NCBI GenBank assembly: GCA_036351155.1
Contig: JAZBOO010000395.1
Span: forward strand, 1-23,373
Direction: 5' to 3'
DNA length: 23,373 bases
DNA from: Candidatus Krumholzibacteriia bacterium
Lineage (GTDB): Bacteria > Krumholzibacteriota > Krumholzibacteriia > LZORAL124-64-63
Shown here: positions 7,916 through 16,734 of the stretch, piece by piece
How the letters are laid out: the number at the start of each line of letters is the position of its first letter
How positions within the stretch are numbered: the stretch's first letter is position 1
Notes under the pieces: generated by a model
The model's input: only the letters and a program-made list of their open reading frames with translations
What the model was told of the DNA's origin: nothing
Database searches by the model: none
Translations under genes and position numbers: made by a program

Positions 7916-8293
7916 TCAGCCTCCGATCAGATCCTGGTAGGCGGCGGCATCCATCAGGGCGTCCAGCTCGGCGGTGTCGCTCAGGCGAATCTTCACCAGC
8001 CAGCCGTCGTCCATGGGGCTGTTGTTGACCAGCTCGGGGCTGTCCACGACCGCTTCGTTGATGGCCACGACTTCACCGGACACGGGCAGGAAGAGGTCGG
8101 CCACGGCCTTCACCGATTCGATGGTGCCGGCGGTGTCGCCCTGGCTGAATTCCTCGCCGGTTTCCGGCAGCTCGACAAAAACGATATCGCCCAGCTCGTT
8201 GGCCGCGTAGTCGGTCACCCCGACAATAGCCACGTCACCATCCAGCTGGATCCACTCGTGCTCCTGTGAGTATTTGCGATCGTCAGGTACCAT
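7916..8293 (-). CDS. gcvH: Glycine cleavage system H protein (125 aa)
   Basis: Start moved to ATG 8293 (SD AGGAG). KYSQEHEW, VGVTDYA..LGDIVFVELP, lipoyl-lysine motif IESVKAVADL, PELVNNSP..GWLVKI. Confidence 0.98.
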   Translation of the reverse strand: MVPDDRKYSQEHEWIQLDGDVAIVGVTDYAANELGDIVFVELPETGEEFSQGDTAGTIESVKAVADLFLPVSGEVVAINEAVVDSPELVNNSPMDDGWLVKIRLSDTAELDALMDAAAYQDLIGG

Positions 8294-8321
8294 TTCAGTC
8301 TCCTGGGCTGTTGGCCGCCCG

Positions 8322-9473
8322 TCAGGACAGCGTCCGTGTGGCCATCGGATCACCCTTGGTCCGGGCCGTCAGAAAGGGAAAATCTACGGTGTGACAGGCG
8401 ATTTCCTTGCCGCGGATTTCCACGGCCAGCTCGCCCTCTGGGACATCGGCAGCGACCAGGGCCAGCGCCAACGCCTTTTTCAGGGTGGGACTGTGGGTTC
8501 CGCTGGTCACGAATCCCACTTCCTTCCCCTGGTACATGACCGGGCAACCCTGACGGGCAATGCCCCGGCCGGTCATTTCCAGACAAACAATCTTGCGGGG
8601 AACACCCTGCTCCTTTTGCGCCTGCAGGGCTTCCTGACCGATGAAGCCGGTCTTCTTCTTGGTCTTGACCGCCCAGCCGATGCCGGCCTCGAGAGGAGAG
8701 ATGTCCTCGGCCAGTTCGTGGCCGTACAAGCAGTAACACACCTCGAAGCGCAGAGTGTCACGGGCGGCCAGGCCCACCGGGGCCACGCCCAGATCCTCCC
8801 CCTTGGCCAGCAGCTCCCTCCACAGGGCCGCCGCATCGGCGTTGGGGATATAGATCTCGTAGCCGTGCTCACCGGTGTAGCCGGTGCGTGACACGATCCA
8901 GGTGCCCCCCGGACCTTCGCAGGTAAAGAAGGTGTAAAAATCCATCCCGGCCAGATCTTCCTGGCGCGTCTGGAGAATATCCAGCCGCTTGACCAGTTCC
9001 GCACTCTGCGGTCCCTGCACGGCAACCAGGGCCACGTCGTCACTCTGGTCGTCCAGGGTCACCCCCTCGGCGGGCAGGTGGTCGGTCATCCAGGCGATGA
9101 TCTTGTCGTGGTTGGCCGCATTGCAGACCACCATGAATTTCTCGTCAGCCAGACGGTAGACGAGCATGTCGTCCAGCACCCCGCCATCGGGCCGGCACAT
9201 GGCGTTGTACACCACCTTGCCGCAGTCCATCTTGGCCACGAAGTTGGTCACCAGGCCGCTGACATAGTCGCTGGCCCCGGGGCCGGTCACGAAGATTTCG
9301 CCCATGTGGGTGATATCGAACAGCCCCACTTTTTCACGGACCGACTCGTGCTCGGCCAGGACACCGGAGTACTGGACGGGCATCTGGTACCCGGCGTATT
9401 CCACCATGCGGCCGCCGTTTTCGACGTGCCACCCGGTCAGGGGAGTCTTTTTCAGATGGGAGAGATCACTCAA
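8322..9473 (-). CDS. gcvT: Aminomethyltransferase, glycine cleavage T protein
   Basis: LKKTPL, MVEYAGYQMPVQY, GLFDITHMGE, AVQGP, SRTGYTGEHGYE, GLAARDTLRFE, VTSGTHSPTL. Preferred start is TTG 9473 (AGGAAG upstream); GTG 9503 is the alternative. Confidence 0.97.
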   Translation of the reverse strand: MSDLSHLKKTPLTGWHVENGGRMVEYAGYQMPVQYSGVLAEHESVREKVGLFDITHMGEIFVTGPGASDYVSGLVTNFVAKMDCGKVVYNAMCRPDGGVLDDMLVYRLADEKFMVVCNAANHDKIIAWMTDHLPAEGVTLDDQSDDVALVAVQGPQSAELVKRLDILQTRQEDLAGMDFYTFFTCEGPGGTWIVSRTGYTGEHGYEIYIPNADAAALWRELLAKGEDLGVAPVGLAARDTLRFEVCYCLYGHELAEDISPLEAGIGWAVKTKKKTGFIGQEALQAQKEQGVPRKIVCLEMTGRGIARQGCPVMYQGKEVGFVTSGTHSPTLKKALALALVAADVPEGELAVEIRGKEIACHTVDFPFLTARTKGDPMATRTLS

Positions 9474-9533
9474 GGCCGCTTCCTTCCGTGGCTGGTGCGG
9501 CACGGGCCGCAGGCATGGGCGACAACAGGAGTC

Positions 9534-9562
9534 AATTTAACCACTGCCACCCGTTAAGCCAA
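9534..9562 (-). promoter_or_regulatory. Putative sigma70-type promoter of the gcv operon
   Basis: Minus strand reads TTGGCT-N17-TAAATT in the AT-richer uvrA-gcvT spacer. Confidence 0.5.
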
Positions 9563-9607
9563 GAACAACTACGAGGTTATGACCGAGAAAAATAGCGGGT
9601 GATTCGA

Positions 9608-12460
9608 CTACCGGAACAGATCCTTCAGCATGGTCCCCGTGTAGCTTTCCGGACAGCCCATCACGTCCTCCAGCGAACCGCTGGCCACCAGACGCCCGCC
9701 CCCGACCCCTCCCTCGGGGCCCAGATCCAGGACATGGTCGGCCCGCCGGATGACCTCGCTGTTGTGCTCGATCACCACCACCGTGTTGCCCTGGGCGATG
9801 AGGCGGCCCAGGACGGCCATCAACCGGTCCACATCGCAGAAATGCAGGCCGGTGGTCGGTTCATCCAGGATGTAAAGGGTGTGCTTGGTGCCTCCCTTGA
9901 CCAGTTCCTTCACCAGCTTGATCCTCTGGGCCTCACCCCCGGAAAGGGTGCCGCCACTCTGTCCCAGCCGCAGGTAGCCCAGCCCCACGCCGTGCATGAC
10001 ATCGAGGATCTTGTGGCAGGCCGGGATATTCTCGAGGAGCTCACGGGCCTCTTCGACGGTCATCTCCAGCAGCCTGGCAATATCGCAACCCTTGAAATGC
10101 ACATCCAGGGTTTCACGATCGAAACGGCGTCCGCCACACTCCTCGCACACGATTTCCACGTCGGGCAGAAAATCCATGGTCAGCCGACGCAGGCCCGCAC
10201 CTTCGCACACGGGGCAACGTCCGCCGGCGGTATTGAAGCTGAAGCGCCCTGATTTATAGCCGCGCATCCGGGCCAGGCTGGTCTGGGCAAAGATCTTGCG
10301 CACGTGGTTGTACAGCCCGGTGTAGGTGGCGGGCGTGGAACGGGGCGAGCGGCCGATGGGGGACTGGTCCACCAGAACCACCGAACCCAGCAATTCTTCT
10401 CCACTCAACCCCGTGAAGGGCTGGGGCTGCTTGCGCGCCCGATGCAGTTTCATGGCCAGGGCCCGGTACAGGGTGTCATGTATGGCCGTGCTCTTGCCCG
10501 ACCCCGACACTCCGGTCACCACCGTCAGGGCTCCGAGGGGGATGTCCAGATCCACCCCCTGCAGGTTGCGCCCGGTCATGCCCTGTATGCGCAAGGTTCC
10601 CGGTCCCCTGCCCGCCGCTCCGGTCAAGGGCTCGGGCTTGCCCCGCCCCACGCGGCCGGCCAGGAAGTCGCCGGTAGGTGTCCCCACGCAGCTGCTGACC
10701 TCGGCCACGGTGCCCTGGGCCACCAGACGACCGCCGTGTTCTCCCGCTCCGGGTCCCAGGTCGATCAGATGATCGGCCGCCAGCATGATATCCCGGTCGT
10801 GCTCCACCACCACCACGGAGTTGCCGCGGTCGCGCAGAGCCTCCAGGGTTCCCACCAGCTTGTGGACATCGCGATGGTGCAGCCCCACGCTGGGCTCATC
10901 CAGGATGTACAGCACCCCGGTGAGCTGGCTGCCCACCTGGGTGGCCAGACGCACACGCTGACCCTCCCCACCGGACAGGGTGGCCGTGCCTCGGGAGAGC
11001 GACAGGTAGTTCACGCCCACCTGCAGCAGGAATCGCAGGCGCGATTTGATCTGATCCAGGATGGGCTTGCTGACCAGTTTTTCCCGCTCACCCGTGAAGG
11101 AGACGGTGTCGACCCAGGCCGCGAACTCATCGAGGGTCAACGCCGCGGCCTCGCCGATATGCTTGTCGGCTATCCGCACGTTCAGCGACTCGGGCCGGAG
11201 CCGGTAGCCCTGACACTCGGGGCAGGTCTGTTCGATCATGAGCCGTTCCAGCGAGCCGCGAATCTTTTCCGATTTGGTTTCCCGGTGGCGGCGCACGAGC
11301 TCGGGCACCAGGCCGTCCCAGTCGCTCAGGAAGGCGTTGTAGTGCTTGTGGCCTTGCAGCTTCTTGACGAGGTCGGCATCCAGACCGTGGAAAAGAGCGC
11401 GTCCAGCCGCCTCGGGCAACTCGGCAAAGGGGGTATCCAGAGCAAACCCCATGGCCCCGGCCAGGGCTTCGACCTGCACGTAAAGCCAGCTGGTTTCCTT
11501 GCCCTTGAGGAATTCGATGGCGCCATCGGCGATGCTCAGCTGGGGCTCCGGCACCAGGGCTTCGGGCAAGATGGTGCGCAGGTTACCCAGACCATTGCAG
11601 TGGTCGCAGCTGCCCGCCGGCGAGTTGAAGGAAAACTGCCGGGGCTCGGGCTCGGGAAATCCTCGACCACAGCCGGGGCAGGAGGACGAGCGGCTGTACA
11701 GGGTCTGCTTGCCCTCGGTCCAGACGATGACGGTGCCTTCCCCCAGTTCGGCGGCACGATCCAGTCCGGTCTTGAGCCGGTCACGGATTCCGGGACGACT
11801 GCTCATGCCGTCCACCACCACGGCGATGTCGTGGCGCTGGGTGCGCGACAGCTCGATGCTCTCCTCGAGTTCCCGCAACTCTCCGTCCACCAGCACCCGC
11901 ACGTAGCCCTGCTGGTGCAGATCCTCGAGCAGTTTCTTGTGCTGCCCCTTGCGCCCGATGACCACCGGAGCCAGCAGGTAAAAGCGGGTGCGGGAGGGCA
12001 GCGCGGCGATCTCGTCCTCGATGTCGGAAAGAGGTCGCCCGGCCGCCGGCACCTGGCAGTCGGGACAGTGCACCGCCCCGCATCGCGAGTACAGCAGGCG
12101 CAAGAAGTTGTAGATCTCGGTGACGGTGCCCACGGTCGAACGCGGGCTGCGCCCCAGTCCCTTCTGGTCGATGGCCAGTGCCGGGGACAATCCGTCAATA
12201 CGGTCCACGTCCGGCTTGGGCAGCTGGTCGAGGAACTGATGGGCGTAGCTGGAAAGGCTTTCGATGTAGCGGCGCTGACCCTCGGCATAGAGGGTGTCGA
12301 AGGCCAGGCTGCTTTTTCCGGAGCCGCTGGGACCGGTCACCACCACCAGCTTGCGGCGGGGCAAGCGCAGGTCCAGGTTCTTCAGATTGTGAACCCGGAC
12401 CCCCTTGATGGTGATGTCGCCGTGGACCGCGTCCGGCTGCTTTTCCCTGGAGTCGGCCAT
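9608..12460 (-). CDS. uvrA: Excinuclease ABC subunit A
   Basis: HNLKN, Walker A GPSGSGKS and [26 protein letters not shown], signatures LSGGEGQR and [17 protein letters not shown] and LDEPTTGLH, CxxC zinc-binding pairs. 950 aa. Confidence 0.98.
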   Translation of the reverse strand: MADSREKQPDAVHGDITIKGVRVHNLKNLDLRLPRRKLVVVTGPSGSGKSSLAFDTLYAEGQRRYIESLSSYAHQFLDQLPKPDVDRIDGLSPALAIDQKGLGRSPRSTVGTVTEIYNFLRLLYSRCGAVHCPDCQVPAAGRPLSDIEDEIAALPSRTRFYLLAPVVIGRKGQHKKLLEDLHQQGYVRVLVDGELRELEESIELSRTQRHDIAVVVDGMSSRPGIRDRLKTGLDRAAELGEGTVIVWTEGKQTLYSRSSSCPGCGRGFPEPEPRQFSFNSPAGSCDHCNGLGNLRTILPEALVPEPQLSIADGAIEFLKGKETSWLYVQVEALAGAMGFALDTPFAELPEAAGRALFHGLDADLVKKLQGHKHYNAFLSDWDGLVPELVRRHRETKSEKIRGSLERLMIEQTCPECQGYRLRPESLNVRIADKHIGEAAALTLDEFAAWVDTVSFTGEREKLVSKPILDQIKSRLRFLLQVGVNYLSLSRGTATLSGGEGQRVRLATQVGSQLTGVLYILDEPSVGLHHRDVHKLVGTLEALRDRGNSVVVVEHDRDIMLAADHLIDLGPGAGEHGGRLVAQGTVAEVSSCVGTPTGDFLAGRVGRGKPEPLTGAAGRGPGTLRIQGMTGRNLQGVDLDIPLGALTVVTGVSGSGKSTAIHDTLYRALAMKLHRARKQPQPFTGLSGEELLGSVVLVDQSPIGRSPRSTPATYTGLYNHVRKIFAQTSLARMRGYKSGRFSFNTAGGRCPVCEGAGLRRLTMDFLPDVEIVCEECGGRRFDRETLDVHFKGCDIARLLEMTVEEARELLENIPACHKILDVMHGVGLGYLRLGQSGGTLSGGEAQRIKLVKELVKGGTKHTLYILDEPTTGLHFCDVDRLMAVLGRLIAQGNTVVVIEHNSEVIRRADHVLDLGPEGGVGGGRLVASGSLEDVMGCPESYTGTMLKDLFR

Positions 12461-12461
12461 T

Positions 12462-13214
12462 CTACTTGACGTTTTTCAGACCGGCGGGCATGGCTTCCCA
12501 GGCTGCCTTTTCCTCGACAGTCAGGTCATCGGTGCCTTCGATGATGGTCACCTTCTTGATGGCCACCGGAAACGCCGGCGCATCGCGGCCTGCGGCGGGA
12601 TTTTTCTCGGCCCCGACAATCACGTCGGCCACTTCGATCCCCGAGACCACTTGCCCGAAAATGGTGTACTGGCCATCGAGCTGAGATGTCTTGTCCGCGC
12701 AGATGAAGAACTGGCTGCCGGCAGAATCGACTTCGCGACTGCGCGCCATGGAGAGACTGCCGCGCATGTGCTTGGCGGTCTTGGAGAACTCGGCCTTCAG
12801 CTGGGCCTGTCCCTGGATTCCGGCATAGCCCTTGGCCTCCAGCTTGGCGTTCAGCTCGTTCACCAGCTGGGCCTCTTCCTGCCCCAGGATGTCGGCCAGG
12901 GTGGGCCCACCCATGCCGTCGTTCCGGGGATCATCGTCCTTGCTGTTGGGGTCGCCGCCCTGGATCACGAAGCCCGGCACGATCCGATGAAACCGGGTCC
13001 CATCGTAAAAGCCCGTCCGGGACAGGTGGACGAAATTGTCCACGTGATGGGGGGCCAGTTCGGGATAGAAAACCAGAAGGATGTTTCCTTCCTCGGTTTC
13101 CAGGCGGGCAAAGGTTTCGGTGGCCGAGGCGGGAACAGCCAGGACGGTCAGGACGAGTGTCAGGGCCATGGCCAGACCCAGGGCGGCATTCAGGCGACGT
13201 GCAACGATGGTCAT
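12462..13214 (-). CDS. Exported cyclophilin-type peptidyl-prolyl cis-trans isomerase (250 aa)
   Basis: Start moved to ATG 13214 (SD GGAGG). Signal peptide ends ASA-T. GFYDGTRFHRIVPGFVIQGGDP, GSLSMAR, SAGSQFFI, LDGQYTIFGQV. Confidence 0.95.
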   Translation of the reverse strand: MTIVARRLNAALGLAMALTLVLTVLAVPASATETFARLETEEGNILLVFYPELAPHHVDNFVHLSRTGFYDGTRFHRIVPGFVIQGGDPNSKDDDPRNDGMGGPTLADILGQEEAQLVNELNAKLEAKGYAGIQGQAQLKAEFSKTAKHMRGSLSMARSREVDSAGSQFFICADKTSQLDGQYTIFGQVVSGIEVADVIVGAEKNPAAGRDAPAFPVAIKKVTIIEGTDDLTVEEKAAWEAMPAGLKNVK

Positions 13215-13234
13215 GTTTCCTCCAGCAGGTGACG

Positions 13235-13254
13235 CCCGGCGGCAGACCGCCGGG
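13235..13254. other. Perfect 8-bp GC stem-loop in the SPOR-cyclophilin spacer
   Basis: CCCGGCGG-CAGA-CCGCCGGG with no U-tract; may be an mRNA stability or pause element. Confidence 0.4.
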
Positions 13255-13289
13255 TTGCTCATGGTGGACTCACGGAGTGGGTCCGAAGG

Positions 13290-13859
13290 TTATTTGCTCA
13301 GGACAAGATAGTTGATGCCCAGCGACTCGCGAAGCTCTTCGCCAAGATTTTCCGCGTCGGCCCGCGAGGCCAGCCCACGCACGAATACCCGATGATAGGT
13401 CCGGCCCTTCACCAGGGCGGTTTCCACCACGGCAGAATGCCCCTGCAAGCGCACCTTGGCCGCCAGAGATTCGGCGTTGCCCGGGACCGAAAAAGAACCC
13501 AGCTGCACGGAGTAGGTTCCCTGCCCGGCGGGCTTGGTCACTTCCCGGACCACCGGTGGGGACTGGGTGACCACTTCGGCAACCGGTTCCTCGGCCACCG
13601 GCGTCACCGCTTCCTCTTCCCCCTCATCTTCCATCATGGGCGAGGCGTCCATGACCTGGTCAACGGGACGGTCGGCACCCGTCTCGGCGATCAGGGTGTC
13701 CAGATTGGCCGGCACCAGGCTTCCCTGACGCGAGGACTGTTCGGGTGGGGTGTCGTCACCTGATCCACACCCGCCAAGGATAAGAGCGGCCACCAGACCG
13801 GTGATCACCATGGCCAGGGCCTTGCGGGACCTGAGGGACGGAGAATGGATCCTGGACAT
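13290..13859 (-). CDS. SPOR-domain lipoprotein (189 aa)
   Basis: Start moved to ATG 13859 (SD AGGAGG). Lipobox LILGG-C, acidic Pro/Glu linker, C-terminal SPOR domain YSVQLGSFS...NAE.L...YHRVFV. Confidence 0.9.
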   Translation of the reverse strand: MSRIHSPSLRSRKALAMVITGLVAALILGGCGSGDDTPPEQSSRQGSLVPANLDTLIAETGADRPVDQVMDASPMMEDEGEEEAVTPVAEEPVAEVVTQSPPVVREVTKPAGQGTYSVQLGSFSVPGNAESLAAKVRLQGHSAVVETALVKGRTYHRVFVRGLASRADAENLGEELRESLGINYLVLSK

Positions 13860-13902
13860 GCAACCTACCTCCTGAACAATACGAGTCGGGGAATCTGTCG
13901 AC

Positions 13903-13932
13903 ATACTACCGCGGGTCAACCAATACTGGCAA
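13903..13932 (-). promoter_or_regulatory. Putative sigma70-type promoter of the SPOR-cyclophilin-uvrA unit
   Basis: Minus strand reads TTGCCA-N18-TAGTAT, about 45 nt upstream of ATG 13859. Confidence 0.5.
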
Positions 13933-13984
13933 GGTCGGACCCGGCGAATTAACATCGGGGGACCTGACTCGAGAAAGGTTCAAC

Positions 13985-15169
13985 ATGACCCCACCGGCAC
14001 TGCCCGTGTATCTGGACAACGCCGCCACCAGCTTTCCCAAGCCGCCCGAAGTGGTGCAGGCCATGGTCCATCATCTGCAAACCGCGGCCGTCAATCCCGG
14101 ACGATCGGGGTACGACCTGGCCCTGGCCCTGGGGCAGGACCTCGACCTCCTGCGCCGGCGGCTCATGGTTTTCTTCAACAATCCGGCCCGGGACCCCGAT
14201 CGCACCGTTTTCTGCAGCAATGCCACCGCGGCCCTGAACACCGCCATCGGTGGGGTGTGCCGTCCCGGCGACCATGTGATCGCCTCGGTCCTGGAGCACA
14301 ATTCGGTGCTGCGCCCTCTGCACGAGCTGGCCCGGCGCGGGATCATTTCCTACGACCTTCTGGATGCCGACCGCCGCGGCCTGATCGATCCCGGCCAGGT
14401 GGTCAAGCTCCTGCGCCCCGAAACCCGCCTGGTGGTCCTGACCCATGCCAGCAATGTGTGCGGCCGCATTCAGCCGGCCGCTGCGGTGGGCCGGATCTGT
14501 CGTGAGCGTGGCGTTATCTTCCTGCTGGACGCTGCCCAGACGGCGGGCAGTCACCCCGTGGACATGGAAAAATTGCACGTCGACCTGCTGGCCTTCACCG
14601 GCCACAAGGGCTTGCTGGGCCCCACCGGAACCGGAGGTTTGCTGGTGGGACCCGGGGTGAAGGTGACCTCCACCCGCTGGGGAGGGACCGGGGTCCGGTC
14701 CGATCAGCCGGGTCATCTGGAGGAATATCCGTACCGCCTGGAAGCCGGCACCCTGAATGCGGTGGGGCTCGCGGGCCTGGCTGCCGGCCTGGATCAGGTG
14801 GAAAAGGAAACCGTGAAGAAGCGGGCCGCGAGGGAAAAGCAGCTGGCCGATCGGTTGTTACAACGGACCGCCGACCTGGACACCCTCACCTGGCATGGCT
14901 TCGGCGATCAGCGCCCCCTGGCCCTGGAAGATGATCAGCTGCCGGTCCTGTCCCTGACCCTCGCGGGCCTCTCCCCCGCCAAGGTCGGCATGTTCATGGA
15001 CGCCGACTACAATCTGGCCGTCCGCACCGGCTTGCTGTGCGCCCCCCTGGCTCATCGCGCCCTCGGGACCGCCCCCGAGGGAACCGTCCGCCTCAGCCTG
15101 GGGCCCTTCAGCACCGAAGAACACATCGACCTGGCCGCGCGTGCACTCCGGGAAATCGCGAAGGCATGA
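13985..15169 (+). CDS. Cysteine desulfurase / selenocysteine lyase family PLP enzyme (aminotransferase class V)
   Basis: VYLDNAATSFPKP, NATAALN, EHNSVLRP, HASNVCG, DAAQTAG, PLP-lysine FTGHKGLLGPTGTG, catalytic Cys in RTGLLCAP (group II RxGxxCA type), GTVRLS. Confidence 0.92.
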   Translation: MTPPALPVYLDNAATSFPKPPEVVQAMVHHLQTAAVNPGRSGYDLALALGQDLDLLRRRLMVFFNNPARDPDRTVFCSNATAALNTAIGGVCRPGDHVIASVLEHNSVLRPLHELARRGIISYDLLDADRRGLIDPGQVVKLLRPETRLVVLTHASNVCGRIQPAAAVGRICRERGVIFLLDAAQTAGSHPVDMEKLHVDLLAFTGHKGLLGPTGTGGLLVGPGVKVTSTRWGGTGVRSDQPGHLEEYPYRLEAGTLNAVGLAGLAAGLDQVEKETVKKRAAREKQLADRLLQRTADLDTLTWHGFGDQRPLALEDDQLPVLSLTLAGLSPAKVGMFMDADYNLAVRTGLLCAPLAHRALGTAPEGTVRLSLGPFSTEEHIDLAARALREIAKA

Positions 15170-15204
15170 AAAAACCGCCCTCTCCAGCAGAGGAGAGGGC
15201 GGTT
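15169..15204 (-). terminator. Rho-independent terminator (oriented for the ompA/motB-like gene, probably bidirectional)
   Basis: Perfect 13-bp stem AACCGCCCTCTCC / GGAGAGGGCGGTT with a 6-nt loop. A6 at 15169-15174 is a U-tract on the minus strand. Lies between convergent genes. Confidence 0.88.
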
Positions 15205-15229
15205 GATCAAAAGATAACCAGAGCCGGAA

Positions 15230-15859
15230 CTACATCTCCGGGTTGTACATCATGATCCGCACCATGCGGTTGGCCCGACGGCCTTCCTCGGTGTCGTTGC
15301 TGGCCACGGGCCGGAAAGGGCCGAAGCTGACGGCGGCAAAGCGCTCGGCCGACAGACCCAGTTCGTTGGTCAGGTACCGCACCACGGCCGCGGCGCGATG
15401 GGCGCCCAGCTCCCAGTTGGTGGGATAGTACTCGTGGTACTCTTCCATGATCTTGCGGTTGTCCGTGTAACCTTCCACGTAGACATCCCAGTCGGGATAC
15501 TGCGCGATGGTGGACGCGATCACCTGCAAGGCGGGCACCATGGTCTCCAGCACCATGACCTGGCTGGCCGCGAAGGTCAGCTGGTCCGGGATGGTGATCA
15601 TGACCACTTCCTCGGATTCCTCGACCAGCACGGCGTTCTCGGCCTTGCAGTCCTGCAGGTTGGCCCGCAGTTCCTCGGCAATTTGCTTGCGCTCGGCCAT
15701 GATGGCCTCGTCGTTGGCGATTTCCTTCTGGAGCTCGGCGATCTGGGCGTCGAGCTGCAGGATCTGCTCCTCGTACTCTTTGCAGGAACAGCCGGCCATG
15801 GCCACCATGGCCACCAGCATCACCAGCAGGAAGAGCGTCTTGACCCTGTTTTCAAACAT
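15230..15859 (-). CDS. OmpA/MotB-family peptidoglycan-binding lipoprotein with coiled-coil stalk
   Basis: SD AAGGAG. Lipobox AMAG-C. Heptad region YEEQILQLDAQIAELQKEIA. MotB-type C-domain VEGYTDN...TNWELGAHRAAAVVRYL...FGPFRPVASNDTEEGRRANRMVRI. Confidence 0.92.
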   Translation of the reverse strand: MFENRVKTLFLLVMLVAMVAMAGCSCKEYEEQILQLDAQIAELQKEIANDEAIMAERKQIAEELRANLQDCKAENAVLVEESEEVVMITIPDQLTFAASQVMVLETMVPALQVIASTIAQYPDWDVYVEGYTDNRKIMEEYHEYYPTNWELGAHRAAAVVRYLTNELGLSAERFAAVSFGPFRPVASNDTEEGRRANRMVRIMMYNPEM

Positions 15860-16033
15860 GAATCACTCCTTTGATTTGGCTCGCGCCGGGGTTGCCTGGA
15901 TCCACCCCAGGCGGGTATGCGAACAGAACGCCAACCGACAACAACCCGGCCAGCATACAATTTCCCTGGGAGAGTAGTCACCAAACGGGTGAGACCTCAA
16001 GTTATTTCTGGGTTTTCCTGGTCATATTTTGGA

Positions 16034-16696
16034 TCAATCCAGGAATTTCTCCAGGACGGGGTCCGCGGCGATGACATCCACCTCATCTCCCTCCAGCAGG
16101 ACCATTTCCCCGCTGGGCAGGGGCAACCGCTGGGATTTCCCCTCCTGGGCCTCGTGCCTGATCACCTGGATCAGATTGATTCCCTGGCGAGACAGCAGCT
16201 GCAGATCGGCCAGGCTCTGGCCGGCCCAGTCGGCCGGCAACTTCAAGCGGCGCACGCTGTAACCCGGCGGCAGGTCCAGAAAACTGAAAATGCGGCCCCG
16301 GATCAGGTGTTCGGCAAGTCTTTTCCCCATGTCCTCTTCGGGCCGGATCACCTGATCGGCCCCCACCTTGCGCAGCACGGCCTCCTGCTCATCGGTCAGC
16401 GCCTTGGCGGCCACCAGGGGCACCCCCAGATCCTTGCAGTGCATGGTGACCAGAACCGAGGCCTCGAAATTATTCCCCATGGCCACCACCGCCACGTCCA
16501 TCTTGCCGATGCCGCGGCTGGCCAGCAGGTTAGCCTCGGTGGCATCGAAGCCCTCGGCTTCAGCCACCAGCGGACTCACTTCCTCGATGAGCCGGCGGTT
16601 GCGATCCACCGCCAGCACCTCGGCTCCCAGGCGCGACAGCTCCGCCGCCACGGTGGCTCCGAATCTTCCCAGTCCCAGCACGGCTATTTTCAACAT
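16034..16696 (-). CDS. ktrA: KtrA/TrkA-family K+ uptake regulatory subunit (RCK_N + RCK_C)
   Basis: IAVLGLGRFG nucleotide-binding motif, VLAVD, AKA, GADQVIRPEEDMG, C-terminal GQSLADL...INLIQVIR. Confidence 0.93.
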   Translation of the reverse strand: MLKIAVLGLGRFGATVAAELSRLGAEVLAVDRNRRLIEEVSPLVAEAEGFDATEANLLASRGIGKMDVAVVAMGNNFEASVLVTMHCKDLGVPLVAAKALTDEQEAVLRKVGADQVIRPEEDMGKRLAEHLIRGRIFSFLDLPPGYSVRRLKLPADWAGQSLADLQLLSRQGINLIQVIRHEAQEGKSQRLPLPSGEMVLLEGDEVDVIAADPVLEKFLD

Positions 16697-16734
16697 GTGC
16701 TTCTTCTTTCCTGCACGTTCAGGTGAATCACTGT

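Noticed and set aside
4694..8028. Long + strand ORFs (626 aa and 443 aa) opposite gcvPB/gcvPA
   Set aside because: Antisense shadows of highly conserved genes, with no independent signals.
9474..9607. Possible glycine riboswitch upstream of gcvT
   Set aside because: The spacer is only ~130 nt with a predicted promoter in the middle, leaving a ~55-nt leader. No GGAGA...CCGAAG...CTCTCAGG aptamer motifs are visible.
10304..12469. 721-aa + strand ORF opposite uvrA
   Set aside because: Antisense shadow typical of GC-rich coding DNA.
15167..15204. UGA followed by a hairpin at the end of the desulfurase gene as a possible SECIS
   Set aside because: The protein is complete at this point, and the hairpin with its A-tract is a classic terminator for the convergent gene.
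15885..15950. Nested stems upstream of the ompA/motB-like gene as a possible ncRNA
   Set aside because: Short GC stems are expected by chance, a candidate -10 (TATGCT, 15957-15952) would place the TSS inside the outer stem, and no known family is recognisable.
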